Shown: positions 15,207 through 27,976, counted from the first letter of the stretch. The stretch is DNA of 64,000 bases from Tubiluchus corallicola (GCA_030141605.1 JAQGDQ010000506.1:95983-159982); one strand, 5' to 3'. Notes: a model not told the origin generated them from the letters alone. Numbers and translations are program-made.

Positions 15207-18200
15207 TCACAAACGCGACAGAGCATCCGCCACTCTGTTTTCACAACCAGGGACATGTTCTATATCAAATGCGTATTCACTTAATTTAAGTGCCCAGTGG
15301 CATAATCTACGATTTTTCGTTTTCATTTTATCCAAAGCAAGCAAACTGCACTGATCAGTACGAACAGTAAAATGTCGACCTTCCAAGTAGTATCTTAGTT
15401 TCTCAACACTGAACACTACACTCAAACATTCAAGCTCCACCACAGAGTACCTAGTCTCTGGCTGAGTCAACTTGCGACTAATATATGTTATTGGCACTTC
15501 AGCTAACCCGTCTCCCTTATCTTGAGACAGAACAGCCCCTAAACCGATAAAGCTAGCATCAGTGGTTAGGTAAAAGGGCTTAGTAAAGTCTGGTGAATGG
15601 AGTACGGACTCGGAAGATAATGCATCTTGAAGCTGACGAAAGCTACTTTCAGTGGCCTCAGTCCACTCAACTTGGACCGGGGCATACTTTTCAGTAAGAG
15701 CATGGAGAGGCGCCGCGATGCTACTAAAATGGGGGATAAAACGCCTATAAAAACTGACCATACCCAAAAACCTGCGCACCTGCGTTTTTGTCTGTGGGCG
15801 CAAAAATTGACGTATCCGTTCCACTTTGGATAATTGTGGTTTAAGTCTATTTTTCCCCACTACATATCCCAGGAATTCGACTTCCTGTTGTGCAAAATGA
15901 CATTTTTTAGGTTTAACTGTCACTCCAGCCTTGCGAATGTTGTAAAGTGTGTAATCAACATGCTTTAAATGATCAGTCCAGTTTGGAGATTTAATGATAA
16001 CATCATCAATATACCCACTAGAACAATATGAAACCGGATCTAATATGCGGTCAATAAGAGACTGAGCCGAGGCTGCAGCATTCATTAACCCAAAAGGCAT
16101 AACAGTAAACTCAAATTTACCGAAATTAGTAACAAAGGCTGAAACAGGCTGAGATTCCGGGGCCAATTCAATTTGCCAATAGGCTTTTGACAAATCTAGA
16201 GTTGATATCCACTTTGCGCCATGAAGATCATCAATCATGTCGTCTGGACGTGGTGTTGGATAAGGTGAAAATATTGTTCTCTTGTTCAAGGCTCTGTAGT
16301 CAACACATGGACGCCACTGGCTAACGCCATCCATAGGAGGCTTGGGAACAACTAGCATTGGAGATGAATACTCGGAATCCGAACGACGAATGACACCCAA
16401 ATCTAACATATCTTTGATTTCTTTACGGATAATATCTAAACGAGCTTGCGGTACTCGATAAGAATGCTGTTGGACAGGGGTCTTGTCATGAAGGTTAATG
16501 TAATGTTGAACCAATTTTGTTCTGCCGGGAAGATCGGTAAACATCTGGGGGTATGAATGGAATATGTTCCTCATTTGTTCCTTAGCTTCCTCAGATAAAT
16601 AGTCAGGCAATTCGACATCCTCCACAGATTGTGTGGCAACTGCAGTTGGGAAAAATGCATACTCTGGAAGATCACAAGCTTCGGTTTTGCCAGAACCTAT
16701 CTTGTTACAAGTCTCTTCAACTTCTTGCCAGTTAATAGAAGCATCATCCCTGTCTTCATTGTGTAGAGCCATAAGAACAAGTTCTTCTTCTCTATCAATG
16801 TAAGCTTTAAGTCTGTTAGCATGAAACGTACTTAAGCTTCTCCTACTTCCAGGCTTACCTAGCTTGACTCGATAAGTGCATTCAGAGAGTTTGTCAACTA
16901 TGGGGTATGGACCACGCCATGTAGTTGCCATCTTACTACCCTTTTTCATCCGTTGAACAAGGACTTTATCACCAATATTGAAACTACGTTGCTTAGATAC
17001 ACGATCAAACCAAGATTTTTGAGCAAGTTTAGCCCTCCTAAGAGAATTGTGTGCATCCTCTAAGGTTTCATCCAATGTGTTTATGATACGGGAGACATAG
17101 TCATCCACGTCTTCCAGCTCAGGTAGTTTCTCACAGCCCCACCGCTCTTTCAACATAGCTAAAGGGCCCCGAAGTGGGTAACCAAAAACTAATTCATTGG
17201 GGGAGTAATGAGTAGACTCCTGGGGAACTTCACGATAGGCAAACAGAACGAATGGAATAGCCAAATCCCAAGGAAGGTGGGGATGATCTTGAATAAGTTT
17301 TCTGATAGAGGCTTTGAGTGTGGAATTGTATCGTTCAACAAGACCATTGGTTGAAGGGGCATAAGCAGAAGTATAGATACCTTTGACCCCAAGCTGTTCT
17401 TCCAACTGCTGAGTAAGCTTGGAAGTGAACTGAGTTCCTCTATCAGTCAGTATTTCTTTTGGAATGCCATATCTGCAGCAAAATTCTACCAGTTTGTTTA
17501 GAATAGTTGTTGTTTCAATATTTGGGATGGGATAGCAATCCGGATAACGAGTGGCGTGATCTACAATCACTAAAGCGTACTTATTCCCATCTGGAGTACG
17601 ACTAAGAGGACCTATGATGTCCATGCCAATGCGGAAAAATGGCTGCTTTGGTATTGGTAAAGGACGGAGAGGAAGCCTATCACCTCTCTGTAAACGACCA
17701 TTTTTCTGACATGAAGGGCAAGAACGGCAGTAACCCCGCACAGCGTGTTTTATCTTGGGCCAAATGTATTCCATAAGAATACGGTCTGCTGTTTTCCTAA
17801 TGCCTAGGTGACCCGCCATTTTGTTATCATGAGCAATTTCAAGGACTTGGCGCCGACGAGATTTAGGAAGAACTAAAAGTTCTCTAGGTTTGCCAGCCTT
17901 AGTGTGCTTACAGAGATAATAAAGCATTCCATCTTTAAGGAAATATCCTTTTCCATTCTGCTCTGCAATTTCAAATGTTGTAGCGTGATCAATGTAGTTT
18001 GCTAATGAAGGGTCATTATGTTGTTCTTGTTTGAGTTGTTCAAACGAGACAGTAATCAACTGAGCCTGCTCTTGTTTGAATTGTTCTAGGTTAGAATGTT
18101 CTTGTGTAGAATATGTACTGTGTTCAAGTTGTTTATGTAACTCTTGATCACGTACTGCTTTAGCCTGCAGTTCTGCAGCTTTTGTACGTGTAACTGCAAA

Positions 18201-20096
18201 ACTATCAGAGATTTGTGGATCGCTAGACAATTTCGATTGTTCGTTGTCTGAGATTTGTGTATTATTTCCAGCTGGGCCTTCATGAAGGTTTGATTCATCA
18301 TTGGGTGTAAAAGGCCTCAGTGTAGATAAATAATCATTGCCCAATAGAAGCTCTGCTGGGAGGTCAGACATCACACTAACTGTAAGCCAACCAGCGAAGT
18401 TAGGACCTACAACTTTAATCTCTGCTGTACGACATGGCTCGACATGACCATGCACACATCTAACAGGTTTAGGGTCAGACTTCAGATACTGATCTTTATC
18501 AACAAAACGTGGGTGGATCATAGAAACTGTGGCACCACTGTCTCTTTGCCCCAAAACAGGAATGTCATTCACAAGAGCCTCAAACATAAACGGTATATTA
18601 TTAACTGGAATGTCTTGAAGTTTATTAGAACTAGTGTATGTTGATTCGTGATCACAACTACCAAACAAAGTCTTAACCGGAGTTTTATTTCTGCTGGTTT
18701 TGTTTGCCTTGTTAACAATATTAGTTGCATTTTGCCCATTGTTATTTTGGTGATTGTTCCGCTGTGATGCTTGGCACTCTGGTCTTCTGTGACCAGGCTT
18801 ACCACATTTATAACAAACTATCTTCTGTTTGTCATCAAGTTTATTATCAGAAACGTTTACTAAGGTATTGTTATTGTAAGGTTGTTTCTGAGAAAATTTT
18901 CCTGTTTTCCAAGGAGTAAAAGAGTGATTCCTAGAGTCAGTCTCCTTGGAGCTAATAAATTTGTCAGCTTCCATGGCCATTTCAAGACCATTCTCAAATT
19001 CGTGTCTTTTTAGCCATGTGCGGACATCAGATGTTAAATTATCCATAAACTGTTCCATAGCCATGGCTTCAAAAAGCTTGGAATAGGAATCAACAGCATT
19101 AATTGCTTCACAGAAATCGGTTAATGCACGAACCACTTTTAACCAATACTGATGACATGTTTCGTTGTGACCCTTAGTAAGAGCCCTAAAGCGTTTCCGG
19201 TAAGCATCTGTTGTTAAAATGTAAGCAGCTAAAAGAGACTTCCTTACATAAGAATAATCTTTAATATGCTCCTTAGGTATTTGCTGATATGCGTCAGCAG
19301 CTCGGCCAGATAGAGCAGGACCTAAAAGGGCAGACCAATTTGCCTCGGGAATATCATTAGATGTAGCACATGATTCAAACCAATTCAAATACCTCTGAAT
19401 GTCATCAGAAGATTCACGAAAACCTCGGACTTTCATTCTATTAAATGGGTTGGTAGGTACAACAGAAGTATTTGTCAAAGCCGCACTTCTGTTTAAAAGT
19501 TCTAATTTCCTTAACTCAAATTCCATCTCTTCCTTGCGCATGCGCTCAGCACGTTCACCTTGTTCTTTTTCATGCTGCAAAATGTCACGAACCAAATCGG
19601 GATTCATACCTTGAAGATTCTCAAGAGAAAACCCAGAAATACCACACTGTTTATCATTACCCCATCCACTGGAGGTAGGAATAACATTTTGTGCAGGTTT
19701 AAGAGCATCTTCTTCAATACCAACACCTTTTCCTGACTGAGAAATCTCCAGCCAAGTAGTAGAGAAAGGATCTTTTGGCTTAACACTTTGAAGAGGTGTA
19801 CTAGCCTGGCCAATTTTGGAAGATTCTATAATTCGTTCAGCAACAGAACCAGGAGATCTAATTGATGTATCATGCAATGTGTCAGTTTTATCAGAATTAA
19901 TAAATGTTTTTCCCTGTAGAGGAACTTGTTGCATTTTAAGAATATGCTGTTGCGCTTTAATTATATGTTCAATTAATTCTTGCTTACTGACATGCGTAAC
20001 ATCGACAAGTAAATGAAGTGTGCTTGCTACCCTGGAAAGTTCATCTTTTTTCATTTTATTCAACCGTGTCTTGTTGTAAATAGTTGCCTCAGCCAT
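15207..20096 (-). CDS. Gag-Pol polyprotein, 1629 aa from the ATG at 20096
   Basis: SCAN-like capsid (AMEQFMDNLTSDVRTWL), CCHC knuckle CYKCGKPGHRRPEC, protease RDSGA, integrase HHCC (AHDNKMAGHLG...CRSCPSC) with core (GMDIIGP, TDRGTQF, NGLVER), RT (CVDYRALN, MPFGL, YIDD) and RNase H (TDAS, ELECL, ADALSR). Confidence 0.97.
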   Translation of the reverse strand: MAEATIYNKTRLNKMKKDELSRVASTLHLLVDVTHVSKQELIEHIIKAQQHILKMQQVPLQGKTFINSDKTDTLHDTSIRSPGSVAERIIESSKIGQASTPLQSVKPKDPFSTTWLEISQSGKGVGIEEDALKPAQNVIPTSSGWGNDKQCGISGFSLENLQGMNPDLVRDILQHEKEQGERAERMRKEEMEFELRKLELLNRSAALTNTSVVPTNPFNRMKVRGFRESSDDIQRYLNWFESCATSNDIPEANWSALLGPALSGRAADAYQQIPKEHIKDYSYVRKSLLAAYILTTDAYRKRFRALTKGHNETCHQYWLKVVRALTDFCEAINAVDSYSKLFEAMAMEQFMDNLTSDVRTWLKRHEFENGLEMAMEADKFISSKETDSRNHSFTPWKTGKFSQKQPYNNNTLVNVSDNKLDDKQKIVCYKCGKPGHRRPECQASQRNNHQNNNGQNATNIVNKANKTSRNKTPVKTLFGSCDHESTYTSSNKLQDIPVNNIPFMFEALVNDIPVLGQRDSGATVSMIHPRFVDKDQYLKSDPKPVRCVHGHVEPCRTAEIKVVGPNFAGWLTVSVMSDLPAELLLGNDYLSTLRPFTPNDESNLHEGPAGNNTQISDNEQSKLSSDPQISDSFAVTRTKAAELQAKAVRDQELHKQLEHSTYSTQEHSNLEQFKQEQAQLITVSFEQLKQEQHNDPSLANYIDHATTFEIAEQNGKGYFLKDGMLYYLCKHTKAGKPRELLVLPKSRRRQVLEIAHDNKMAGHLGIRKTADRILMEYIWPKIKHAVRGYCRSCPSCQKNGRLQRGDRLPLRPLPIPKQPFFRIGMDIIGPLSRTPDGNKYALVIVDHATRYPDCYPIPNIETTTILNKLVEFCCRYGIPKEILTDRGTQFTSKLTQQLEEQLGVKGIYTSAYAPSTNGLVERYNSTLKASIRKLIQDHPHLPWDLAIPFVLFAYREVPQESTHYSPNELVFGYPLRGPLAMLKERWGCEKLPELEDVDDYVSRIINTLDETLEDAHNSLRRAKLAQKSWFDRVSKQRSFNIGDKVLVQRMKKGSKMATTWRGPYPIVDKLSECTYRVKLGKPGSRRSLSTFHANRLKAYIDREEELVLMALHNEDRDDASINWQEVEETCNKIGSGKTEACDLPEYAFFPTAVATQSVEDVELPDYLSEEAKEQMRNIFHSYPQMFTDLPGRTKLVQHYINLHDKTPVQQHSYRVPQARLDIIRKEIKDMLDLGVIRRSDSEYSSPMLVVPKPPMDGVSQWRPCVDYRALNKRTIFSPYPTPRPDDMIDDLHGAKWISTLDLSKAYWQIELAPESQPVSAFVTNFGKFEFTVMPFGLMNAAASAQSLIDRILDPVSYCSSGYIDDVIIKSPNWTDHLKHVDYTLYNIRKAGVTVKPKKCHFAQQEVEFLGYVVGKNRLKPQLSKVERIRQFLRPQTKTQVRRFLGMVSFYRRFIPHFSSIAAPLHALTEKYAPVQVEWTEATESSFRQLQDALSSESVLHSPDFTKPFYLTTDASFIGLGAVLSQDKGDGLAEVPITYISRKLTQPETRYSVVELECLSVVFSVEKLRYYLEGRHFTVRTDQCSLLALDKMKTKNRRLCHWALKLSEYAFDIEHVPGCENRVADALSRL

Positions 20097-20752
20097 TCTG
20101 CATGAAAACGCACAACTTTTAAACAAATAAGATCACTTTAATCACACTTGCGCGTATGTACACCAAAAAATTATCAAACAGTCATGCATAATGTCAACCA
20201 CCGCTTGAAAGGTCGCGCATAATTAATATCCGTACGAAAAGTATATTCTGCTACTGTCAGTAGCATACGACTCGTATGTGCGCCGCACTCAAGAGAGCAG
20301 AAATAATTCAAGAAAAAGAACAATAGCGGGCGAGCTAAATTATGGGCACTCAACCCCAACCTCAAGGAAAACTAAAAAATGCTCTACAAACAGTCTCAAA
20401 ATTTTATAAGTATGGAACTACACTGGAAATTCCCTACATAGAATTGCGAGCTGTAGGCTTTTCAATTACAGCAAACTTCTAAGCCAATAAATCAAGAACA
20501 TATTTGGACTGAAAATATCAACAAATTTGTCCTATACAGTTAACGAAAGTAATAAATTTGGCTTCCTGGGTCTGTACGCAAAGCTCTAGTTTAACGCAAC
20601 TATATAGCAAAATACTGTATTGTGCTACAAACAGGAAACGATTTCAAAACGTAAACAATTCACGTAAATACATTAAGCACAATTTTAGGCCACTCAGTCA
20701 TAAAATCCAGTAACAACCAGTAAACAAACCGTTATCACCAAAAAACTACTGG

Positions 20753-20767
20753 TAACTTCTGACACCA
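20753..20767 (-). promoter_or_regulatory. Primer-binding site, tRNA-Leu type
   Basis: Minus strand TGGTGTCAGAAGT lies 2 nt inside the 5' LTR and is complementary to a tRNA 3' end ...ACTTCTGACACCA. Confidence 0.8.
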
Positions 20768-20769
20768 AT

Positions 20770-21950
20770 TGTGACGACCACTGGCACCATTTTTGACTCT
20801 CTATGGTGTATTGTATAAAAGAATAAATAGTTTTGTCAGGAATGCAAAATAGGGGTTGCCTTTTACTTTATCCGAGCACGCCAGAGTTCATCACATGTGG
20901 ATAAAAACAATTTTTAATACTAATTTTTTTTAAGGCAAGGGGTTTTTATCCAGACTTTTTTAACGAGGGTCCTAGTAGTTTGATTAAAACTGATGCTATT
21001 TTAGGCCATTATAATTTGTACTTAGAAATGACGAGGACGAACAGGAGGACAAACAAACGTGATTGCTTTGTTTATAAAAAAACGTGTAAAAATTATTTAG
21101 TGGTAATTTCAAAAATAATATTTCTACAAATCACTTACATACATACATATAACGCAAGAATTCAGTTAACCCCATCCCAGGTATAATAGGAAGAGAGGAG
21201 AGGATAATTACCGAAGAGTTCCATTGTCGCTGCAGCTGTACCAATGGGCTAGCCTCAGGTCGTGATACCGTGGGTCCAGTTATCCAGGATCACATCTCAA
21301 GAATCAAGAAACCACACTGCTGGGGCTCACGCATTGCAGACTCCACCACCAGGGTGTTAGAAACAAGGATCCAGGGTCTCGAAACGTCTCCGTTTACTCC
21401 TATACTGTAGGAGTCAGCAAATGACGGAGGAAAGGAGAAAAGTTCCTCGTTCCCAGTCTTCAACTAGGCAACCTCCTTAGGCAGTTCCAAACTCCACCCA
21501 ACAACCGTCATGATCTACGTGGCCAGATTACGAACACGACGAAGTTTCCTGCATACTAGTAACACTGCCTAGGAACCGTCTGGTTTCCTCTCAGAGAAAT
21601 TTGATTACACTGAGAACACCAAAACTAGCGAACTCATTATGAGATCTCAAAAGTTACGAGACCTCAAACCTGCTGCAACAAAACGCGTAGCTTCAAAAAC
21701 AGCTCAAACCCGCAATGGCGGCAATAAGGAAAAATCACGGTTCAATGCTTTTCCAGGAGCGCGAAAATTATCCTGTAACCATTCAAGACATGTGACAGGA
21801 AGATCGCCATCAAACAGGGAAAAGGGGAGAGGTATTAAAGGATGGGCAGAAAACCAACCCAAACATAAAAAAGAAATGAATATTTTATTTGGAGTACAAA
21901 ATGAACTTTAGCATAATTTTAATACGGACGAGGACGTCTGTGACGTCACA
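20770..21950 (-). repeat. 5' LTR (1181 bp)
   Basis: TG...CA termini; followed on the minus strand by the PBS. Confidence 0.95.
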
Positions 21951-22020
21951 ACAAGAAAGTATTAACATTATGCACTCTCCAAAAGTTTAGGAAATAAGCC
22001 CACCTGCTGTCCATCTTGCT

Positions 22021-22250
22021 AGAACACATGAACTTATGCACATCTGTTCAATGGAAAATAGGATAGGCAGTTAAAAAATGCAACAAAATTTTAAACTTAC
22101 TACTTTTGTGGCTCTTCGTGGTGTAGGAGAGAAATCTGCATTCACCTCCATCAGTTCTGAACTCCCCTATTTCAATATCTTCTTTTCTCGCGCATATACT
22201 GCAATAATTAAGATGTAATTATTACAAATATGCGAATACACTTACTGTGT
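22021..22250. repeat. Dispersed ~230-bp repeat with a direct diverged copy at 23659..23890
   Basis: Shared AACACATGAAnTTATGCAC, AAAATAGGATAGGC, GTGGCTCTTCGTG and TTCTCGCGCATA. Confidence 0.7.
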
Positions 22251-23163
22251 GAATTGCTCGAGACAAACGCCCAAAGGCAGCCAAGAAAATCTAAACATTA
22301 TGCGTTGAAAAAAGTTTTTAAACTTTACTATGTTAACCGTACCTGCTTGTCCTTCTTGCTGGAAGGCACTCATCACCGTCCTGTGAATACAAGGAAACCA
22401 ACCACGGTACAAGTTACAAGTCCCGTTGATCCAAAAGTATCTCTACGTCTGTTTGCTTGCATTGCAAGATCTTCTGAAATTTGTGAAGCTTCTTTAAGAC
22501 GTCTGTCATCCAGAACCACAATAAGAAATGATTTGTCTCCAGAGACGCTGTTGCTACGAACTCACCAACAAGCATTTATGACATCATAACCACTTACGTC
22601 CGGATATTAGAGGGAATGTTAGCGATTAATATTAAAATATAGCATTTTTAATTAGAAAAAAACTTATTATAAGGTATAATTTTACAACTTAATCTCGTGC
22701 AACTTAGTTTTCGGCTGGAAATGGGACGGACACTAAAAACACGCGTAAGAAATGGGAAATTTATATGGCTTTATAAAACTTACTTTAATTAAAGCTGCAT
22801 CAATGGCAGTAATAAGGTAATTAACCTTAGTTATAAAGTAATAAAGTAAATGAAGTAAATAAACGACAGCGGTGGTGACGACCGAAAGATAATTGTAGTG
22901 AGGGAAATGATGACGACAATGGCGACGACAACGACGACGACGGTAACAGAAATTAAGGTGTGGTAACAATCATAACAAAATGGACCTCTAATCGGATTAG
23001 AGATCTACATACCAACCAAAAAACTGATTCAACAAGAAAACTTTTGAGTCTCGACTGTCCCAGCCCACGCCCATTCCATTACATTTGAGCTAGGGGTCTC
23101 TGTGAGTTTCATGACCCACGGACCTGTGAGTTACGAGTCATTAAGGAAATATTAACGCACAAA

Positions 23164-23165
<2 letters not shown>

Positions 23166-23200
<35 letters not shown>

Positions 23201-23345
23201 CATAATCATAATCATAATCATAATCATAATCATAATCATAATCATAATCATAATCATAATCATAATCATAATCATAATCATAATCATAATCATAATCATA
23301 ATCATAATCATAATCATAATCATAATCATAATCATAATCATAATC

Positions 23346-23418
<73 letters not shown>
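23166..23418. repeat. (AAT)n-(AATCAT)n-(AAT)n microsatellite
   Basis: Directly visible. Confidence 0.95.
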
Positions 23419-23419
<1 letters not shown>

Positions 23420-24052
23420 TGGCCGTATAACAAAAAGATTCTACGATGTAGCAAAGTCTTAATAATTTACTAATACAGTCACTACATGTGGCAAGTCAAG
23501 TACTGTAAAACTAATGCTTGTTCTTGTTTACTTAAGAAATGACTACTTTTTATGTTCCTGGATCAACGTGACCAACTCATGTCCTCACACACGAGTATGG
23601 ACATGAAAATTTTAGATGCATAATCACTCGCGATGAACATCCAAACACAACTTACTGAAACACATGAAGTTATGCACGTCATTTCAATGAAAATAGGATA
23701 GGCTGTTTAAAATGGAATAAAATTTTTTAACTTTTCACTTCGGTGGCTCTTCGTGATGTATGAGAAACATCTACATTCGTCTCAGCTATTTCAGAACTCC
23801 TGTGTTTTCTATCACTTTTTTTCTCGCGCATAAACTGCAATAATCCAGAGTTAGTAATTAAAAATAAGCTAATACAATCACTGTATGAGTATCGTCATGT
23901 CAAAAAGCCTAATCATTGTTTAATTTACTAGAAAATGTCTAGGCTATTTTTGTGTTTTTGAGATTACGTGATCAATTCCTGCTTTGGAAACTTAAGTTAC
24001 GTAAGTGTGGACGTGGCATTGTGAACCTAGACAAGATAACTAGAACGAAGAC

Positions 24053-24240
24053 AACATAACATGACATGACATGACATGACATGACATGACATAACATACC
24101 ATGACATGACATGACATGACATGACATGACATGACATGACATGACATGACATGACATGACATGACATGACATGACATAACATAACATAACATAACATAAC
24201 ATAACATAACATAACATAACATAACATAATATAATATAAT
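24053..24240. repeat. (ACATG)n-(ACATA)n pentanucleotide microsatellite
   Basis: Directly visible. Confidence 0.95.
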
Positions 24241-25155
24241 AGTCATAGGGAAATGATATGCCTGTGTAAAACCTACTCTAGTTAAAGCTAATCTAACGTA
24301 AACAACCAAACAAATGCTACATTAGAAAACGAAAGGATAATTTAATTTACAAAACTTAAGAAAAATGGCAATATATAGTCATTCTTTGATCTCAAGTAAT
24401 TAATTATTATAATTGTAATGATACAGTTTATCAATTCTTTATAACAATGACACGTAGGTCTGAAATTAACCACTCTAATTACAAAATAGAAAATTTTTTG
24501 ACGTATTTTATTCTTACCTAATGCCAGATGCTGTATGATTTCTTTCTAGTGAATGAGCCAAAGTGTTGCTTCAGCAAGACAGTTAGAAAAACAGTTTCAA
24601 CTGCCTCAAAGATTAAGTAAAAATGTATAAAAGTTCTTTGAGCAGTAAGTTTAAAGCGCAGAAGTTTTTGAACTAGATTGCACACAAAAGAAGGCGGCTA
24701 AAGAAACAACAAATATACAAATAAACTGCGCGAGTTTCAAGAAGATTTCGCTAATCTTAATGATTAATATATCAATAACAACGGTAATGATAATGAGACA
24801 ACGATGATGATCATAGTAATAAAGATGATAACGGTGTCGATAACAATCACAGTCACGATGACATTTATTTATTTATTTCACATGAATAGTATATTATACT
24901 AGTGATGATGATGTTGATTATGACAGGATCACTAAGATTAGAGACCTGTAGACCAAACCTGAACAATTGATTCACAAGGAGAATTCCTTAAACACAAATA
25001 TACTTCAAAACTGCTGATAAAAACAGATGTAACTTGCGATCTATAAAGTCTTAATAAACATGGCAGTACGGGGAAATAAACAAGAAGATTTGCATTTATA
25101 TCTAAACAACAAATAGAAATAACAAAAAATAGCATCTTGTTTACGCCACTAGATA

Positions 25156-25713
25156 GGGGAGACCCGGTTAAAGTGGATCACTTAAGGGCTTTCGCTCATA
25201 GAGTTCAAGACGTTTGATCTGTAACAATCAATTACATGTCCTATTCTTCCGTAGGAAACTCTGCTATATTCGTGTGGTTAAAACTTATAATTACTATTAC
25301 TCGTTTAACATATAATTCCGAAATACGAAACCAAAATTTCTAGGGCAAAGTGGATCTTTTACGGGCATAGTGGATCATACCGGAGCGGTTGGGCTCAACT
25401 AACTAACAATAGCTTTTAAATCGATTTTGTTTATTTTGCAAAAGTAAATTGATATGAAGCAGCAATGATGCATCATATGTAAAAACAGTAGCGAATAAAT
25501 CTGCACTAATTGGAATTTATCATCTGTAAAAGTGAAAAGTCGCAAGAAAGTGGGCGAAAAACTTATTTTTGTGTACCGCGCTTAGACAAACTTAGAGTAC
25601 ACAGTAGATGATGACGTAAAATCACACAGTGCGTAGACCACGACGCCTTACGGAAAAAGAGCAAGCACATTTGATCCGCTTTGCCCAGTGATCCACTTTA
25701 CCCGGGTCTCCCC
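25156..25713. mobile_element. MITE with TA flanks (Tc1/mariner-pogo-like)
   Basis: TA|GGGGAGACCCGGTTAAAGTGGATCAC ... GTGATCCACTTTACCCGGGTCTCCCC|TA, a 26-bp TIR with one mismatch. Confidence 0.85.
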
Positions 25714-26116
25714 TAAATAGTTTAGGCTTGAAAGAATTTGCGTACTTGACAAATTATGCAGAGGAGGGGAACTAAACCAAGCTCTCTTTGCATCGTCGCT
25801 TCAAAGCTCCTTGCGTTTCCAATTCCCCACATGAACTTGAAGTGCCGCCACTAATAATTTCTTACTTTCGTACTGAAACAATTTAGCACTAATTAGTAAC
25901 TAATAGCGTGAAGCTATGTTAGTTTGCTTAATTGAAGCTTTTGAAGGATTTTGTCCTTTTCGCGTCTAACACATCCAAAATTTACCTTCCTCAACAGATG
26001 TGCAGATTCAAAAGCTGGTAACCACGGAGGTTTGCTGCCAATCTTTATGACGTCACTGAACAGGGCAATATTATATTTAGCTGTCTTTTAACGTATCTAT
26101 TAAGTTTAGGCATTAA

Positions 26117-26462
26117 TCCTTTCATACCCGTTGTATCCCGTGGGATACGAGAATATTTTCTGCTTTTAAAATTAATAAAATTTTAAAACTGACATTTATT
26201 TGATCTGTTAATAGTTATTTTGATTTAAGCCAATAACAATAGACTAAAAAAGGTGATAAAATGGCAAACTAAAAAATCTACATAGCTAAATGGCAAAATG
26301 AAGCACATTTTATGCTTCAATTGAATCCCAATGTATCCCGCGGGATACAGGCGGGCACAGGTAGAAAAAATAATTATTATGTGTAAACAAGATGGACATA
26401 CTGAACAAAAGTACAAAGCCAAACAATTTTTGTTATTAAAAAATAATTTGGGACTGAAAGGG
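26117..26462. mobile_element. piggyBac-like MITE
   Basis: TTAA|TCCTTTCATACCC ... GGGACTGAAAGGG|TTAA. The internal palindrome TGTATCCCGnGGGATAC occurs twice. Confidence 0.7.
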
Positions 26463-27957
26463 TTAAGGGTGCTCTGCCGGAGTCAATAAGGTCTTTCAGA
26501 TGACCTTCTGTGGTGGCGTAACTACGCATTTGCGGGGATGGGACCGCGTAAGTAAAGTGGCCCGCAATGATGAACGAATTAATCATATTTCACGGGGATT
26601 TGCTACGCAAAACCATTTTCAACGGGATTACAAGTTAAGAGTAACAGCGATTACGATTAAATTTAGGCTATCATAATCAACACACGACATTCCTCCCTTT
26701 AGTTAAGTCGCAAGGTAACAGCTGCATAGTCGTGTTAACGAAGTAGATTCGTTGCGGCTGTTAAGAAATCAGACTGCATGAAAACACCACCGTAGGAGCT
26801 AAATAAGATGGGTTGCATGCCTCTTTGATTCAATATCATAGTGAGTTCATCTTCTTATTGCGAATTTAAAAAATAAAAACTAAAGAATAAGAATGAGAAA
26901 GAGTAACGAGTCAGTAAATGTACAGTTTTTTAGTTTGCATTCTACTTATATACATCAACTTTATTTAGCGGAAAAAAATCTCACTAAAATAAATTTTTAA
27001 TATCATTATTAATATTTTTTGAAGACAGAATTTTTTATTGAAACTATGTTTAAACATCTGCTACCGGTTTTGAATTACCTCCTCATTTTCGCATGCGATC
27101 ATGTACTCTATATGAGTGAATGCGCCACAAGTGCCTGTGGTGTGCTAAAAGTACACAGACGCAAATGCGATACATTGCCAATCCGTTTTGACATAATAAT
27201 ACATGCATTAGAGCATGAGATCATGTGCTATATAAGAGTGAATGCGCCACAAGTGCTTGTGGTGTGCTAAAAGTACACAGATACATTGCCAATCCGTTTT
27301 GACATAGTAATACATGTATTAGAGCATGAGATTACAAGGCACTTTTACATGTTGTCTCTACGGACTAGGTGATGTCAATTTTTGTAACTCTACACGTTTT
27401 GTGAGCCACAAGCTAACATTTTATTCAAAACTCCATATTCTTAAAACCAATGACATTAAAAATGCATGTTTTTGTACAGGTCCTCAAATAATTTATTGCC
27501 AAATATTTTTTTACCATGTTTTAATTGTAGCAAAGTCATTCATAAGTATAAATTAGGCAGACAAATGATCGATTGCCTTGTTGCTAATTGGAAAACTAAT
27601 ATAATGAACATTGTAGTGACATATAATGGTGCCATCAAATGAAATTTAATAGTCGATTAAATAATAAACAACATTAAATGTAATAAATAATAAAATAATA
27701 ATTTTGTTAAAAATTTCCAACGTTTTAAAGGTAGCAGAAACAACATTACTTAGTAGCCATTAAACGTGATTTTATTTTGGTGTATAAATAAATATTTGTA
27801 TATGATATGTATTTTGTTACTAATTAAGTCACTCAAAATTTCTTTGTCTGCTCGCACGAACGTCAGAAGTTAAACTCTGTGTTGAACAAAGGTGTGACAA
27901 AAACTACGTTCAGTAAACTATTACTATTTAGAATAATAAATAAAAATAATAAAAGTT

Positions 27958-27976
27958 TTACTTACTTGCTTGCTTG

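Larger units (their letters stand above)
13102..21950 (-). mobile_element. Full-length Ty3/Gypsy LTR retrotransposon, Gmr1-type
   Basis: Two ~1.18-kb LTRs (TGTGACG...CGTCACA), PBS, PPT and one uninterrupted gag-pol ORF with order Gag-PR-IN-RT-RH. Confidence 0.97.

Noticed and set aside
22230-22589. 119-aa ORF and a possible 38-nt minus-strand exon near 22341-22380
   Set aside because: No recognisable domain or partner exons; cannot be supported without transcripts.
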